DNA of 64,000 nucleotides from a virus. Below the pieces are notes generated by a model. It was not told the origin of the DNA, ran no database searches, and saw nothing but the letters and a program-made list of their open reading frames with translations. The DNA lies in IMG/VR virus record IMGVR_UViG_3300028593_001667. One strand, 5' to 3'. Below are positions 9,855 through 18,554 of the stretch, piece by piece. Each line of letters opens with the position of its first letter. Position 1 is the stretch's first letter. The position numbers and the translations under genes are program-made.

Positions 9855-10046
9855 AATTGGATATTGATGAATGATAGTTAAAGATGCGAAACCAAAACGA
9901 ACACCACGAAAGCCATACAAGCGATACGAAACTCTAAACTAACCACACGAAACAAAATCAGCAATTCTAACTTTGCACCCTCTTGCACCCATGCACCTGC
10001 CATGAGTGGATTGTATTCGTTTTGGCGTAGGATGCCAACCTAGAAC

Positions 10047-10095
10047 GCAGTTATTGATACAATTTCCTGTATTGATAACTGCTTTCTTTTGTTTT
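10047..10095. terminator. Hairpin between convergent genes (probable terminator)
   Basis: gcagttattgatac...gtattgataactgc stem followed by a T-rich tract. Confidence 0.55.
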
Positions 10096-10099
10096 GAGT

Positions 10100-10477
10100 C
10101 TATTTTTGGTGTTCATGAAGCCATTGAAAGAGATCAGAAGTATCTGCATTTCCGTTAGCTACATCCAAGATGATGCTAACAAGATCATCTTGTGTATACT
10201 CCAGTTCAATGTCATTTAGAGAGAGGGAAATTAGCATAACATGGGCAGCGATGCGCTTATTTCCGTCAAAAAAAGGATGATTTGCCACAAGTCCATAGCA
10301 AAGCCTTGCAGCTTTTTGAAAAATAGAAGGATATAATTCAGTACCTTCAAAAGTCATAAAAGGAGCTTTAAGTGCAGATTCAAGTAGACCTTCATCACGG
10401 ATTCCACTCATACCACCAGTCTCTTTTATAAGATACTGATGAAGCAACACAACCTGCTCTTTGCTCAGAACAATCAT
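10100..10477 (-). CDS. doc: Doc (death-on-curing, Fic family) toxin
   Basis: Fic/Doc motif NHPFFDGNKR; GIRDEGLLESAL; 4-nt overlap with the antitoxin gene. Confidence 0.92.
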   Translation of the reverse strand: MIVLSKEQVVLLHQYLIKETGGMSGIRDEGLLESALKAPFMTFEGTELYPSIFQKAARLCYGLVANHPFFDGNKRIAAHVMLISLSLNDIELEYTQDDLVSIILDVANGNADTSDLFQWLHEHQK

Positions 10478-10716
10478 TTTGCAAGTTCCAGATAGGCTCT
10501 ACGATTCTTATCCATATAGCGTTTTGATAAGGTCAAAACATCCTCATCCGAAGCGTGTTGCTCTTCTTCGAGTTGCTTAAACTCCATGACAACATAGCGA
10601 GGAGTATTATTTTTCATGATGACAGCCACACCTTTCTCATCTACGAGTCTTGCCACTTTGGAGAAGTTTTGATTTGCCTCAGTCATAGATACAATCGTAT
10701 CAGTATTAACATTCAT
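10474..10716 (-). CDS. phd: Phd/YefM family antitoxin
   Basis: SMTEANQNFSKVARLVDEKGVAVIMKNNTPRYV; directly upstream of doc. Confidence 0.92.
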   Translation of the reverse strand: MNVNTDTIVSMTEANQNFSKVARLVDEKGVAVIMKNNTPRYVVMEFKQLEEEQHASDEDVLTLSKRYMDKNRRAYLELAK

Positions 10717-10751
10717 AATAATTACCTCCTGCTCGTATTGTAGCTTAAAGG

Positions 10752-10769
10752 TAGGATGAATACAACCTA
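10752..10769. promoter_or_regulatory. Imperfect palindrome, likely phd-doc operator
   Basis: TAGGATG-aata-CAACCTA (one mismatch) 35 bp upstream of the phd start. Confidence 0.55.
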
Positions 10770-10895
10770 TTTTTTGCCAGAAATGGCAAGCATGACTTCA
10801 CTGCTGTCTTTCAAGCGGTAAAGCAAAAGTGTTATTGTTCTTCACCATCACTGTGTCCACTGTGCTCATCCAGAGCGTGTTCGTGAACTTTATGG
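10767..10895 (-). pseudogene. Frameshifted relic of a large serine recombinase C-terminus
   Basis: Minus strand reads KFTNTLWMSTVDTVMVKNNNT, then in a shifted frame RLKDSSEV..., resembling the end of 15046-16602 (FSPLLWQSLLDYARVSRDGTLTFIFRNGMEI). Confidence 0.45.
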
Positions 10896-11123
10896 GCATG
10901 ATATTAAACTTAAAGGATGTACCGGGCGACTTCATATTTAACTTGATAACCGGAATTCTTTCACCTTCCCACCTCCTTTCCGGCTCTTCTCTCTTTTCAC
11001 TCTGTAGGCAGGAAAAAGGGCGTTTTTGAACGGGGTAAAGAAAACTTTTTGCAAAAAAACAAAACGCCCTAAGTTGAACTTAGAGCGTCGATACCTAACA
11101 CGCTTGCGGCTGGATTTTCGTTT

Positions 11124-11210
11124 TGTAGCAGCTTGTAGCAGGATTTTCTATATAGTTCTATATTTCACTTAAATAGGGGTAACTGAAAAAACCTGCTACA
11201 TCCTGCTACA
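11124..11210. repeat. Origin-like inverted repeat of tandem 10-bp units around an AT-rich spacer
   Basis: TGTAGCAGCTTGTAGCAGG (11124-11142) ... CCTGCTACATCCTGCTACA (11192-11210). Confidence 0.7.
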
Positions 11211-11327
11211 GCCCGTGTGTTTGAGCAGGAACAAAATAAAAACAGTCAGAAAATCATTTCCTCATAGAAATATTCACGCAAGGATGATAGAATAGTCATA
11301 GTTGCTAAAGAGCGAAAGGAAAATCTT

Positions 11328-11540
11328 ATGGCTATATCCTATGATAGGTTATTTCATCTTTTAATCGACCGGCAGATGAGCAATTCTGAGCTCATTAGTA
11401 AGGCCGGTTTCTCCGGGAATGTAATGACGCAGATAAAGCGCAGAAAATACATCTCGCTCGACAGCATTGAACGCATCTGCCGAGCGCTTGACTGCGGTGT
11501 TGACGATATTTTGGAATTTATTGATGAGGGTGATGTCTGA
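11328..11540 (+). CDS. Cro/C1-type HTH transcriptional regulator
   Basis: ISYDRLFHLLIDR...SLDSIERICRALDCGVDDILEF; stop overlaps the start of the methyltransferase gene. Confidence 0.88.
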   Translation: MAISYDRLFHLLIDRQMSNSELISKAGFSGNVMTQIKRRKYISLDSIERICRALDCGVDDILEFIDEGDV

Positions 11541-12121
11541 TGGCGATTATTGATGATCTGATTAAACAAATTAAGGATGAGAGCTTGCGGGAGCGCATCC
11601 AGACAGAAGCCGATAAACTGACTCAACAGAAAAAATTCGGTCTCGTTTTTGAAAATCACCTGCCCGAGTGCACTCCTCTTTACGAAGTGCCCGTTAAAGT
11701 TGGTGGTACTGTTTCCCTCAAGAATGGAAGCATCGACGAACTTTATATTGTCAAAACAGGCAGCTCGTCCTGTTCCCAACTCAAGAATGGAAGCATCGAC
11801 GAACTTTATATTGTCAAAGATGTCCAAGAGGAGCAAGTGCTTTGTGTGAGTAAGGGCGATGGACAGGAAAAAGTATTTGCTCTGAAGGATTTAGTCACGA
11901 CCGCAGAGTTTGGCGAGCCGATATATCCTTATTTGCAATTTGTTGATTCTATTTCTAATGCGCCGGACAGCGACCTTTGGCATACCTTGATCGAAGCAGA
12001 CAATTACCATGCCTTACAGCTTTTAGAATATCTTTATGCTGGAAAAGTTGATTGTATCTACATAGAAATAATCATACCGAAATTGATACAATTTAATTAT
12101 CCTAAAAATTACTGTGCTTAG
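11540..12121 (+). pseudogene. 5' fragment of a type III Mod-like adenine DNA methyltransferase, interrupted at ~12066
   Basis: KKFGLVFENHLPE and HTLIEADNYHALQLLEYLYAGKVDCIYI, then unrelated sequence where DPPY should follow. Confidence 0.85.
11717..11818 (+). repeat. 39-bp perfect direct repeat (period 63 bp, in frame) inside the mod fragment
   Basis: ctcaagaatggaagcatcgacgaactttatattgtcaaa at 11717-11755 and 11780-11818; LKNGSIDELYIVK occurs twice. Confidence 0.95.
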
Positions 12122-12151
12122 GGGTGTGCAAAGTTAAAAAGGGGTGTGCAG
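12045..12151. other. Probable attachment junction (left end of prophage 2)
   Basis: mod homology ends abruptly at ~12066; ATTGTATC/GATACAAT inverted repeat spans the junction; GGGGTGTGCA twice just inside; lies downstream of the serine recombinase genes. Confidence 0.6.
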
Positions 12152-12291
12152 CATCAGATATCCTTTATTTTATCCTACGATTAATGAAAATAATAATGTT
12201 GTGTATGGTGAATTATTAGACTTTTTAGAAGAACTTTGCAAAATATTCAAACGATAAATATACTTGTAGATTATGAAAGGAGATTAGAAAA

Positions 12292-14421
12292 TTGAAGGCA
12301 ACAGAAGCGAAATTACTGGAATTTATAAAAAAATCCCCTCAATTTGTTATACCAATTTACCAGAGAGCGTATTCCTGGTCCAAAAGAGAATGCCACCAGC
12401 TATGGAGGGATATTATACGTGCTGGTGAAGATGACAATGTTAATGCTCATTTTATTGGTTCTATTGTTTATATAGAAAAAGGTATCTATCAAGTAACTAG
12501 TCAATCACCAATATTAGTTATAGACGGACAACAAAGATTGACAACAATTTCATTGTTACTTGCTGCCTTGGCAGATAAACTAGAGTTGTTACCAGAGGGT
12601 AAGCAGGAAGTTGTAGAGGGTTTTTCACCCAGAAAACTAAAAAATTATTATTTATGCAATCCAGAGGAAGAAGGGGAAAAGTATTACAAACTTATTTTAT
12701 CTAAAACAGACAGGGATTCTATGATAGCAATTGTTGATAAATCTGATGTCCCACGTGATTATTCATATAAAATATATGATAACTATGAGATGTTCAGTAC
12801 ATGGCTAGATGAATATTCAGACAATCTAGATGTAGTTTGTAGGGGGATAGCAAAACTTATAGTCGTTGACATTGCATTGAATAGTGATCAGGATAATCCA
12901 CAGTTGATATTTGAAAGTATGAACTCTACTGGAAAAGAGTTAACCCAGGCAGACCTAATACGTAATTACATATTGATGGGGCTTGACATAAAAGAACAAA
13001 GAAAACTATATGAACATTTTTGGAGACCAATGGAGTTAGACTTTGGGCAGGAAGCTTATACTACAGAATTCGACAGATTCATGCGGCATTATTTAACTGT
13101 AAAGACAGGAAAGATACCTAAAATAAATGAGGTTTATGAGAAATTCAAAAAATATGCAACTTCGATGCAGTTTAAAAATATTGATATGAGTATGATTGTA
13201 GAGGATATTCGTAAATTCTCTAAATACTTCTGTAATATGACTTTAAAACAAGAACAGGATAAGGAACTCTTACTTGCTTTTAATGACATTAAAGAATTAA
13301 AAGTTGATGTAGCCTATCCTATGCTTTTAGAGGTTTATGATGACTATGCTACTGGTGTTTTAACTAAAGATGACTTTGTTCAGATTTTAAGATTGGTTGA
13401 AGCTTATGTTTTTAGAAGAAATATTTGTTCTATTCCAACTAATTCATTAAATAAAACTTTTTCGACTTTTATGAAATCGATAGATCGCATGCATTATGTT
13501 GAAAGCATCAAAGCACATTTTATTTTATTACCATCATATCGCAGATTTCCTAATGACGCTGAATTTGCAAATGAGCTTAAAACTAGAGATGTATACAATA
13601 TGCCAAGAAGAAGCTATTGGTTTAAAAAAATCGAAAACTATGGTCGTAAGGAGCAAGTTCAAGTAGAACAATATACGATAGAACATATAATGCCACAAAA
13701 TCCTAATCTGCCAGATGAATGGAAGAAAGAGATTGGACCTGAATGGAAAAGAGTGCAGGAGACATGGTTACATACAATAGGGAATTTAACACTTACTGGC
13801 TATAATTCTGAGTATAGTGATAATCCTTTTATTATCAAGAGGGATATGGAAAATGGTTTTAGGGATAGTCCGATTAAGCTAAATCAATCACTTAGAAATG
13901 TTGAAAACTGGGATGAAAAAGCTATTAAGGAAAGAGCTAATAAGCTAGCTGATATTGCGGTTGAGATTTGGCAGTCACCAAAGCTTCCAAACGATGTTCT
14001 TACAACTTATCGACCTGATTCTACGGTTAAATCGGCTTATACAATTAACGATTATTCATACTTGTCGCCGACTAATAGTTCATTTGTTGAAAATGTTAGA
14101 TTGTTGTTTGATGTTCTTCGCAAAGAGATTTTAGCGATAGATCCTGTGGTGACTGAGGAACATTTAAAACTATATATTGCTTTTAAAGCTGAAACTAATT
14201 TTGTTGATGTAGTTCCACAGGCCAAACGTTTGAGACTTTCTTTGAACATGCCTTTTTCAGAGATTAATGATCCAAGACAAATATGCAAGGATATTACAAA
14301 CCTTGGAAGATGGGGTAATGGAGATGTAGAGGTGGGCTTTTCTGATATTAAAGATCTGCCATACATAATGAGTCTTATTCGACAGTCATTTGAGCGTCAA
14401 ATGAACAATTCAACATCTTAA
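12292..14421 (+). CDS. GmrSD-like type IV restriction endonuclease (DUF262 + DUF1524/HNH + C-terminal DUF5655-like domain)
   Basis: IPIYQRAYSW, VIDGQQRLTT, IFESMNSTG, IEHIMPQ, IGNLTL..YNS; strongly AT-rich. Confidence 0.88.
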   Translation: MKATEAKLLEFIKKSPQFVIPIYQRAYSWSKRECHQLWRDIIRAGEDDNVNAHFIGSIVYIEKGIYQVTSQSPILVIDGQQRLTTISLLLAALADKLELLPEGKQEVVEGFSPRKLKNYYLCNPEEEGEKYYKLILSKTDRDSMIAIVDKSDVPRDYSYKIYDNYEMFSTWLDEYSDNLDVVCRGIAKLIVVDIALNSDQDNPQLIFESMNSTGKELTQADLIRNYILMGLDIKEQRKLYEHFWRPMELDFGQEAYTTEFDRFMRHYLTVKTGKIPKINEVYEKFKKYATSMQFKNIDMSMIVEDIRKFSKYFCNMTLKQEQDKELLLAFNDIKELKVDVAYPMLLEVYDDYATGVLTKDDFVQILRLVEAYVFRRNICSIPTNSLNKTFSTFMKSIDRMHYVESIKAHFILLPSYRRFPNDAEFANELKTRDVYNMPRRSYWFKKIENYGRKEQVQVEQYTIEHIMPQNPNLPDEWKKEIGPEWKRVQETWLHTIGNLTLTGYNSEYSDNPFIIKRDMENGFRDSPIKLNQSLRNVENWDEKAIKERANKLADIAVEIWQSPKLPNDVLTTYRPDSTVKSAYTINDYSYLSPTNSSFVENVRLLFDVLRKEILAIDPVVTEEHLKLYIAFKAETNFVDVVPQAKRLRLSLNMPFSEINDPRQICKDITNLGRWGNGDVEVGFSDIKDLPYIMSLIRQSFERQMNNSTS

Positions 14422-14602
14422 TTATTCCTATACATTTTAATTATTTATAAACTAGGAACAAAAGGTGTGTGCAGGTCTAATAAAAACAAGAGATGAGATT
14501 TACATTGATGCAGAACTTAAATCATACCTTGATGACCCTTGAAGGAAAGAACTTATAAAAGTCCTTGCTTAGGGGGTTCAAAAGATTTTAGGGGTGTGCA
14601 GG

Positions 14603-15049
14603 ATGGATAAAATCAAGGAGTTTTATAATCTAGCAGATAAATACTGCCATTTTATTTCAGCAAAAGAAATGACGATAAGTGATATTGCGACTTTGATGGA
14701 ATTGTTGATGAAGCTTTACATTTCAGCTGTTAATCTCCCTGAAACAGAGCCCGAAACGATAAATTCAGTTGTGTCAGATGAGACAGATGAAATACTGATT
14801 ACGTTCGCAGAGCAGATACCACAGCTCTATTGGGAAATCTTTGATCCTTTTAATCAAGAAGATGCTGTTTGCGCAAATCTTGCTGATGATTTGTCCGACA
14901 TCGCCACTGATTTGTACGATGGAATGAGGGAGTTTGAGGCGGGGAGAACGGGAAACGCCGTGTTTGAATGGAAGTTTGGACTCAATAATCACTGGGGCAA
15001 GCATGCAACAGATGCTTTGCGAGCATTACACGCAATCAGAATTCGTTAA
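14603..15049 (+). CDS. DUF5063-like protein
   Basis: YWEIFDP, LADDLSDIATDL and HWGKHATDALRALH motifs. Confidence 0.65.
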   Translation: MDKIKEFYNLADKYCHFISAKEMTISDIATLMELLMKLYISAVNLPETEPETINSVVSDETDEILITFAEQIPQLYWEIFDPFNQEDAVCANLADDLSDIATDLYDGMREFEAGRTGNAVFEWKFGLNNHWGKHATDALRALHAIRIR

Positions 15050-16602
15050 ATCTCCATCCCGTTTCTGAAAATAAAGGTCAGCGTTCCATCCCTTGAAACC
15101 CTGGCATAATCAAGCAGGCTCTGCCAGAGAAGCGGGCTGAAAGTTGCCGTCTCGTCTTCGGACAGTAGAGTTTTTATAAATCGCCCAGCCTGGATGTGCC
15201 GAGTTTTCTTGTCTTCGATCTTTTCATTGATGGCATCGTACTTTTTCTTCACACTGTTAAACCGCTCAGTCATCTCATCAAATTCCTGATTGTACTTTTC
15301 CTGGTCTAAGGCCACTCTGGCGTTATTTTGAATGGCCTGTTCCATGAGATTTGATATGGACTCCATTTCCGCATAGAGCTTGTCACGCTCAATCTCCAGC
15401 TCTTTTGTGCCGTAGGCGATGGTTTCTATAGCTTGAAAGTTCGCTTGAATCTGCTCACGGTCTTTCATCAAAACATTCACGGCGTTCATAAAGGCTTCTT
15501 TGATTTCATCCTCGGTAAAGTGCGGGGTGTGACATTTTTCTTTAAACTTGCTGTTACACTGCCAGATCGTGCGTTTATATTTGCTGGTGGAATGCCAGAC
15601 CTTAGAACCGTACCAGTCTCCACAGTCCTCGCATTGTAGCTTCCCTGAAAAGATGGTGACGCTGTTCTTTGACTTCCTGTAATCATGCTCAAGCAGTGTT
15701 TGCACAAAATCCCAAGTCTCAGGCTCGATGATGGCTTCGTGATTGTTTTTCACATAGTATTGCGGAATTTCACCCTCGTTGATCTTTTTCTTCTTGGTTA
15801 GAAAGTCAACGGTGAAAGACTTCTGTAAAAGGGCATCTCCCTTGTATTTTTCGTTTGTAAGGATGGATCTTACGCTTTGGGCACTCCACTTGTCTTTGCC
15901 GCCGGGTGTTTTAATCCCTCGAGACGTCAGTTCCTTAGCGACTCCGTAGCAAGACCGTCCTTCAAGGAAAAGACCGTATAGAAGTTTTACACTTTTGGCT
16001 TCCTCGGGATTGACGACCAGATTGCCGTCCTCTCCTCGGTCATAGCCCAAGAAACGGCTAAAAGGCACGGTGACTTTCCCGTCAGCGAACCGCTTTCTTT
16101 GTCCCCAGGTGCAGTTTTCAGAAATGGAGCGGGATTCTTCCTGGGCAAGAGAGGACATGATAGTGATGAGAAGCTCGCCTTTTGAATCGAGCGTTTGAAT
16201 GTTTTCTTTTTCGAACCAGACCTCGATGTTTTTCTCTTTAAGCTTCCTGACGGTCGTTAAAGTGTCGACTGTATTTCTTGCAAAGCGGCTGACAGATTTT
16301 GTGATGATGAGGTCGATTTTGCCGTCAAGGGCATCATTTATCATTGCCTTAAATTCAACACGATCCTTGGTGCTTGTTCCAGTGATGCCCTCATCGGCAT
16401 ATACTCTGACAAACTCCCAGTCATTTCGGCTCTTGATGTAATTGGTGTAATAGTCGACCTGTGCTTCATAGCTTGTTGCCTGTTCTTCGCTGTCGGTAGA
16501 AACACGGGCATAAGCAGCGACTCGTCTTTTTCGGGGAGAGTCAATGGGCATGGCAGTCTTTTTATTGATTCTGGCAGGTATTGTTGTTACTGACTTGACC
16601 AT
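15046..16602 (-). CDS. Large serine recombinase (integrase)
   Basis: AAYARVSTD catalytic Ser, TKSVSRFARN, LTNEKYKGD, zinc ribbon CEDC...C...C, coiled coil. Confidence 0.95.
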   Translation of the reverse strand: MVKSVTTIPARINKKTAMPIDSPRKRRVAAYARVSTDSEEQATSYEAQVDYYTNYIKSRNDWEFVRVYADEGITGTSTKDRVEFKAMINDALDGKIDLIITKSVSRFARNTVDTLTTVRKLKEKNIEVWFEKENIQTLDSKGELLITIMSSLAQEESRSISENCTWGQRKRFADGKVTVPFSRFLGYDRGEDGNLVVNPEEAKSVKLLYGLFLEGRSCYGVAKELTSRGIKTPGGKDKWSAQSVRSILTNEKYKGDALLQKSFTVDFLTKKKKINEGEIPQYYVKNNHEAIIEPETWDFVQTLLEHDYRKSKNSVTIFSGKLQCEDCGDWYGSKVWHSTSKYKRTIWQCNSKFKEKCHTPHFTEDEIKEAFMNAVNVLMKDREQIQANFQAIETIAYGTKELEIERDKLYAEMESISNLMEQAIQNNARVALDQEKYNQEFDEMTERFNSVKKKYDAINEKIEDKKTRHIQAGRFIKTLLSEDETATFSPLLWQSLLDYARVSRDGTLTFIFRNGMEI

Positions 16603-18347
16603 TTTTTCTCCTTCCTTATTTTCTTCATGCGATCGCTTGCTTCTTTGCGATGTTCAGGATCGCTCCAGTATTCTTTCATGCCTTTTAAGGCCTTTTTGCG
16701 ACGCTCCTTGCTCCAGGGCGTGCCCCGTTTCTTTTCTTCGTATTGTCTTTCTTCGAAGTGGCCGTCACGAAAGTGAAAGGATACGGTATTATCTGCTATC
16801 TCGCAGTAATCCATCGCCTTGTCCATTGCTTCTTCGCTATATTCATCAAGATCTAAAACATCGCAGACTAAAGCGTTCAAGGTCGATTCCTGAATAGTGT
16901 TTGACGGACACTCACTAATCTTCGTTCGACATCTCAAGTAATATTCTGTTGTGCCGTCTTTTAGAGTTCTCCTTTGTCCACTAAAACTGTTGCCACATCT
17001 GGCACACCTGATAAATCCTGTATAGGGAGTTGCTGGATTTTTTAAACCGTTGGTATCTTTGCTTCGCTTTATCCTTTTGTATCTTTCTTTGTATTCGGGT
17101 GTCCAGGCATCTTTTCTGGCAGTGGATGCATAGGTGCGATGAATAAGCGAACCATCGGTCATAAAAAATTCCAGATGGTCTTTTCCTGTGACATCGATAT
17201 GATCTACTTTTTCAAGAAAGACTTCGTCATCAAATTCATCAATGTCGAGAACCTCACTTATGATTTTCTTGAGCTGTTCCTCGTTTATATCACCGGTGCC
17301 ACAGGGATTTCCCTGTCCCGCTTTTCTTGTCGCACACATCCAGCACCTTGTATGCCCGGTCTTGTTTTTCTTGCCGGCTCTTTGAAAGCTGCGATTGCAA
17401 TGTGTACATTTGATTTTGGAAGTTAAAGCGGATGTCTTGATATGCGGATTGGCAAAAGCCCCCAGCTCCCGTTTTTTCTGTCTTATTTCCTGTACCTTGT
17501 TGAAAGTTTCCTCGCTGATGATGGCAGGGTGGGTGTTTCTCGCATAATATTGAGGAAGTTCACCATTGTTGTACTTGGTTTTTCCGTCTTCGATGTAGGT
17601 TTTCTGAAAGAGCGTATTTCCGGTGTAGCGTTCCTGCTTTAAGATTTGGCGGATGCTGTTGTTTCCAAAATGGCCACCCGTATAGGACTTTACACCCATC
17701 TCTTCGAGCTGCTTTTCTGTCTTTTCCGCTGAAATGCCTTTGAGGTAGTTATCGTAAATAAGCCTTACAATTTTGGCTTCCTCTTCGACAATGACAAACT
17801 CTTTGCCTGTCCAGCGGTAGCCGTAAATATGAAAGGAATTCCCGATGCCTTTTTGAAAGTTCTTGCGAATGCCCCATTTCACATTTTCGGAAATGGATCT
17901 GCTTTCCTCTTGGGCAAAGGAAGCAAGAAGCGAAAGCATCAGCTCACCGTCTTCAGATAAGGTATGAATCTTTTCTTTTTGAAAACGCACTTCAATGCCT
18001 AAATCCTTCAGCTCCCTTACTGTTTCCAAAAGGTCGACCGTATTTCTTGCAAAGCGGGATATGGACTTTGTAAGGATGATGTCGATTTTCCCGTCCCGTG
18101 CATCACTTAGCATTCTTTGAAATTCCGGTCTGTCTGTTGTTAACCCTGAGACGGCTTTGTCGGCATAGACTCCGGCATACTCCCAGTCGGCATTTCCTTG
18201 AATGAACTTGCTGTAATAGCTGATTTGAGCAGAGAGCGAATGGGGCGTTCTGCCTTTCTCGATAGATATCCGAGCATAGGCAGCCACCTTTCTTTTCCTT
18301 GGCGGCTCCATTTTCACGGCGTTCACTTTTTGTATTATTTTCGTCAT
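16587..18347 (-). CDS. Large serine recombinase with two zinc-ribbon domains
   Basis: AAYARIS, TKSISRFARN, SKIKCTHC and GFIRCARCG. Confidence 0.93.
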   Translation of the reverse strand: MTKIIQKVNAVKMEPPRKRKVAAYARISIEKGRTPHSLSAQISYYSKFIQGNADWEYAGVYADKAVSGLTTDRPEFQRMLSDARDGKIDIILTKSISRFARNTVDLLETVRELKDLGIEVRFQKEKIHTLSEDGELMLSLLASFAQEESRSISENVKWGIRKNFQKGIGNSFHIYGYRWTGKEFVIVEEEAKIVRLIYDNYLKGISAEKTEKQLEEMGVKSYTGGHFGNNSIRQILKQERYTGNTLFQKTYIEDGKTKYNNGELPQYYARNTHPAIISEETFNKVQEIRQKKRELGAFANPHIKTSALTSKIKCTHCNRSFQRAGKKNKTGHTRCWMCATRKAGQGNPCGTGDINEEQLKKIISEVLDIDEFDDEVFLEKVDHIDVTGKDHLEFFMTDGSLIHRTYASTARKDAWTPEYKERYKRIKRSKDTNGLKNPATPYTGFIRCARCGNSFSGQRRTLKDGTTEYYLRCRTKISECPSNTIQESTLNALVCDVLDLDEYSEEAMDKAMDYCEIADNTVSFHFRDGHFEERQYEEKKRGTPWSKERRKKALKGMKEYWSDPEHRKEASDRMKKIRKEKKWSSQ

Positions 18348-18377
18348 GAACTATCACCTCCACCCATATACATCACT

Positions 18378-18554
18378 CTAAAGAGGATAAATAGCAAGTA
18401 ATAAATGGCCGATTATGGGCTGATATAAGTCTTCAAAATGGTGCATTAAATTCCGGCTTTCTTCGGCTGTCAGAAGCCCTTTTTCATACAGGTTTTCCAC
18501 CAGCAGGAAGGCTTCTTGATATCTTGCTTCTCTTTCAAATTGCTCCTTTGTCAT
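18378..18554 (-). CDS. Small SHOCT-like protein (58 aa, absent from the ORF track)
   Basis: MTKEQFEREARYQEAFLLVENLYEKGLLTAEE...; GGAGGT RBS; ATGA overlap with the upstream gene. Confidence 0.75.
   Translation of the reverse strand: MTKEQFEREARYQEAFLLVENLYEKGLLTAEESRNLMHHFEDLYQPIIGHLLLAIYPL

Larger units (their letters stand above)
1..10042 (+). mobile_element. Prophage 1, right-hand part (tail and lysis modules plus morons); left end outside the window, right boundary approximate
   Basis: Contiguous tape measure-Dit-tail spike-GH18-holin-endolysin genes, followed by accessory genes. Confidence 0.85.

Noticed and set aside
11717..11818. Repeat-spacer-repeat pattern resembling a minimal CRISPR array
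   Set aside because: Only two units, inside a coding frame, with no leader or cas operon; DUF2800 is a phage replication-module nuclease, not evidence of CRISPR
14490..14545. Short DEIYID-coding stretch resembling the mod junction (DCIYI)
   Set aside because: The match is short and needs a gap; it cannot be distinguished from chance or an unrelated gene remnant
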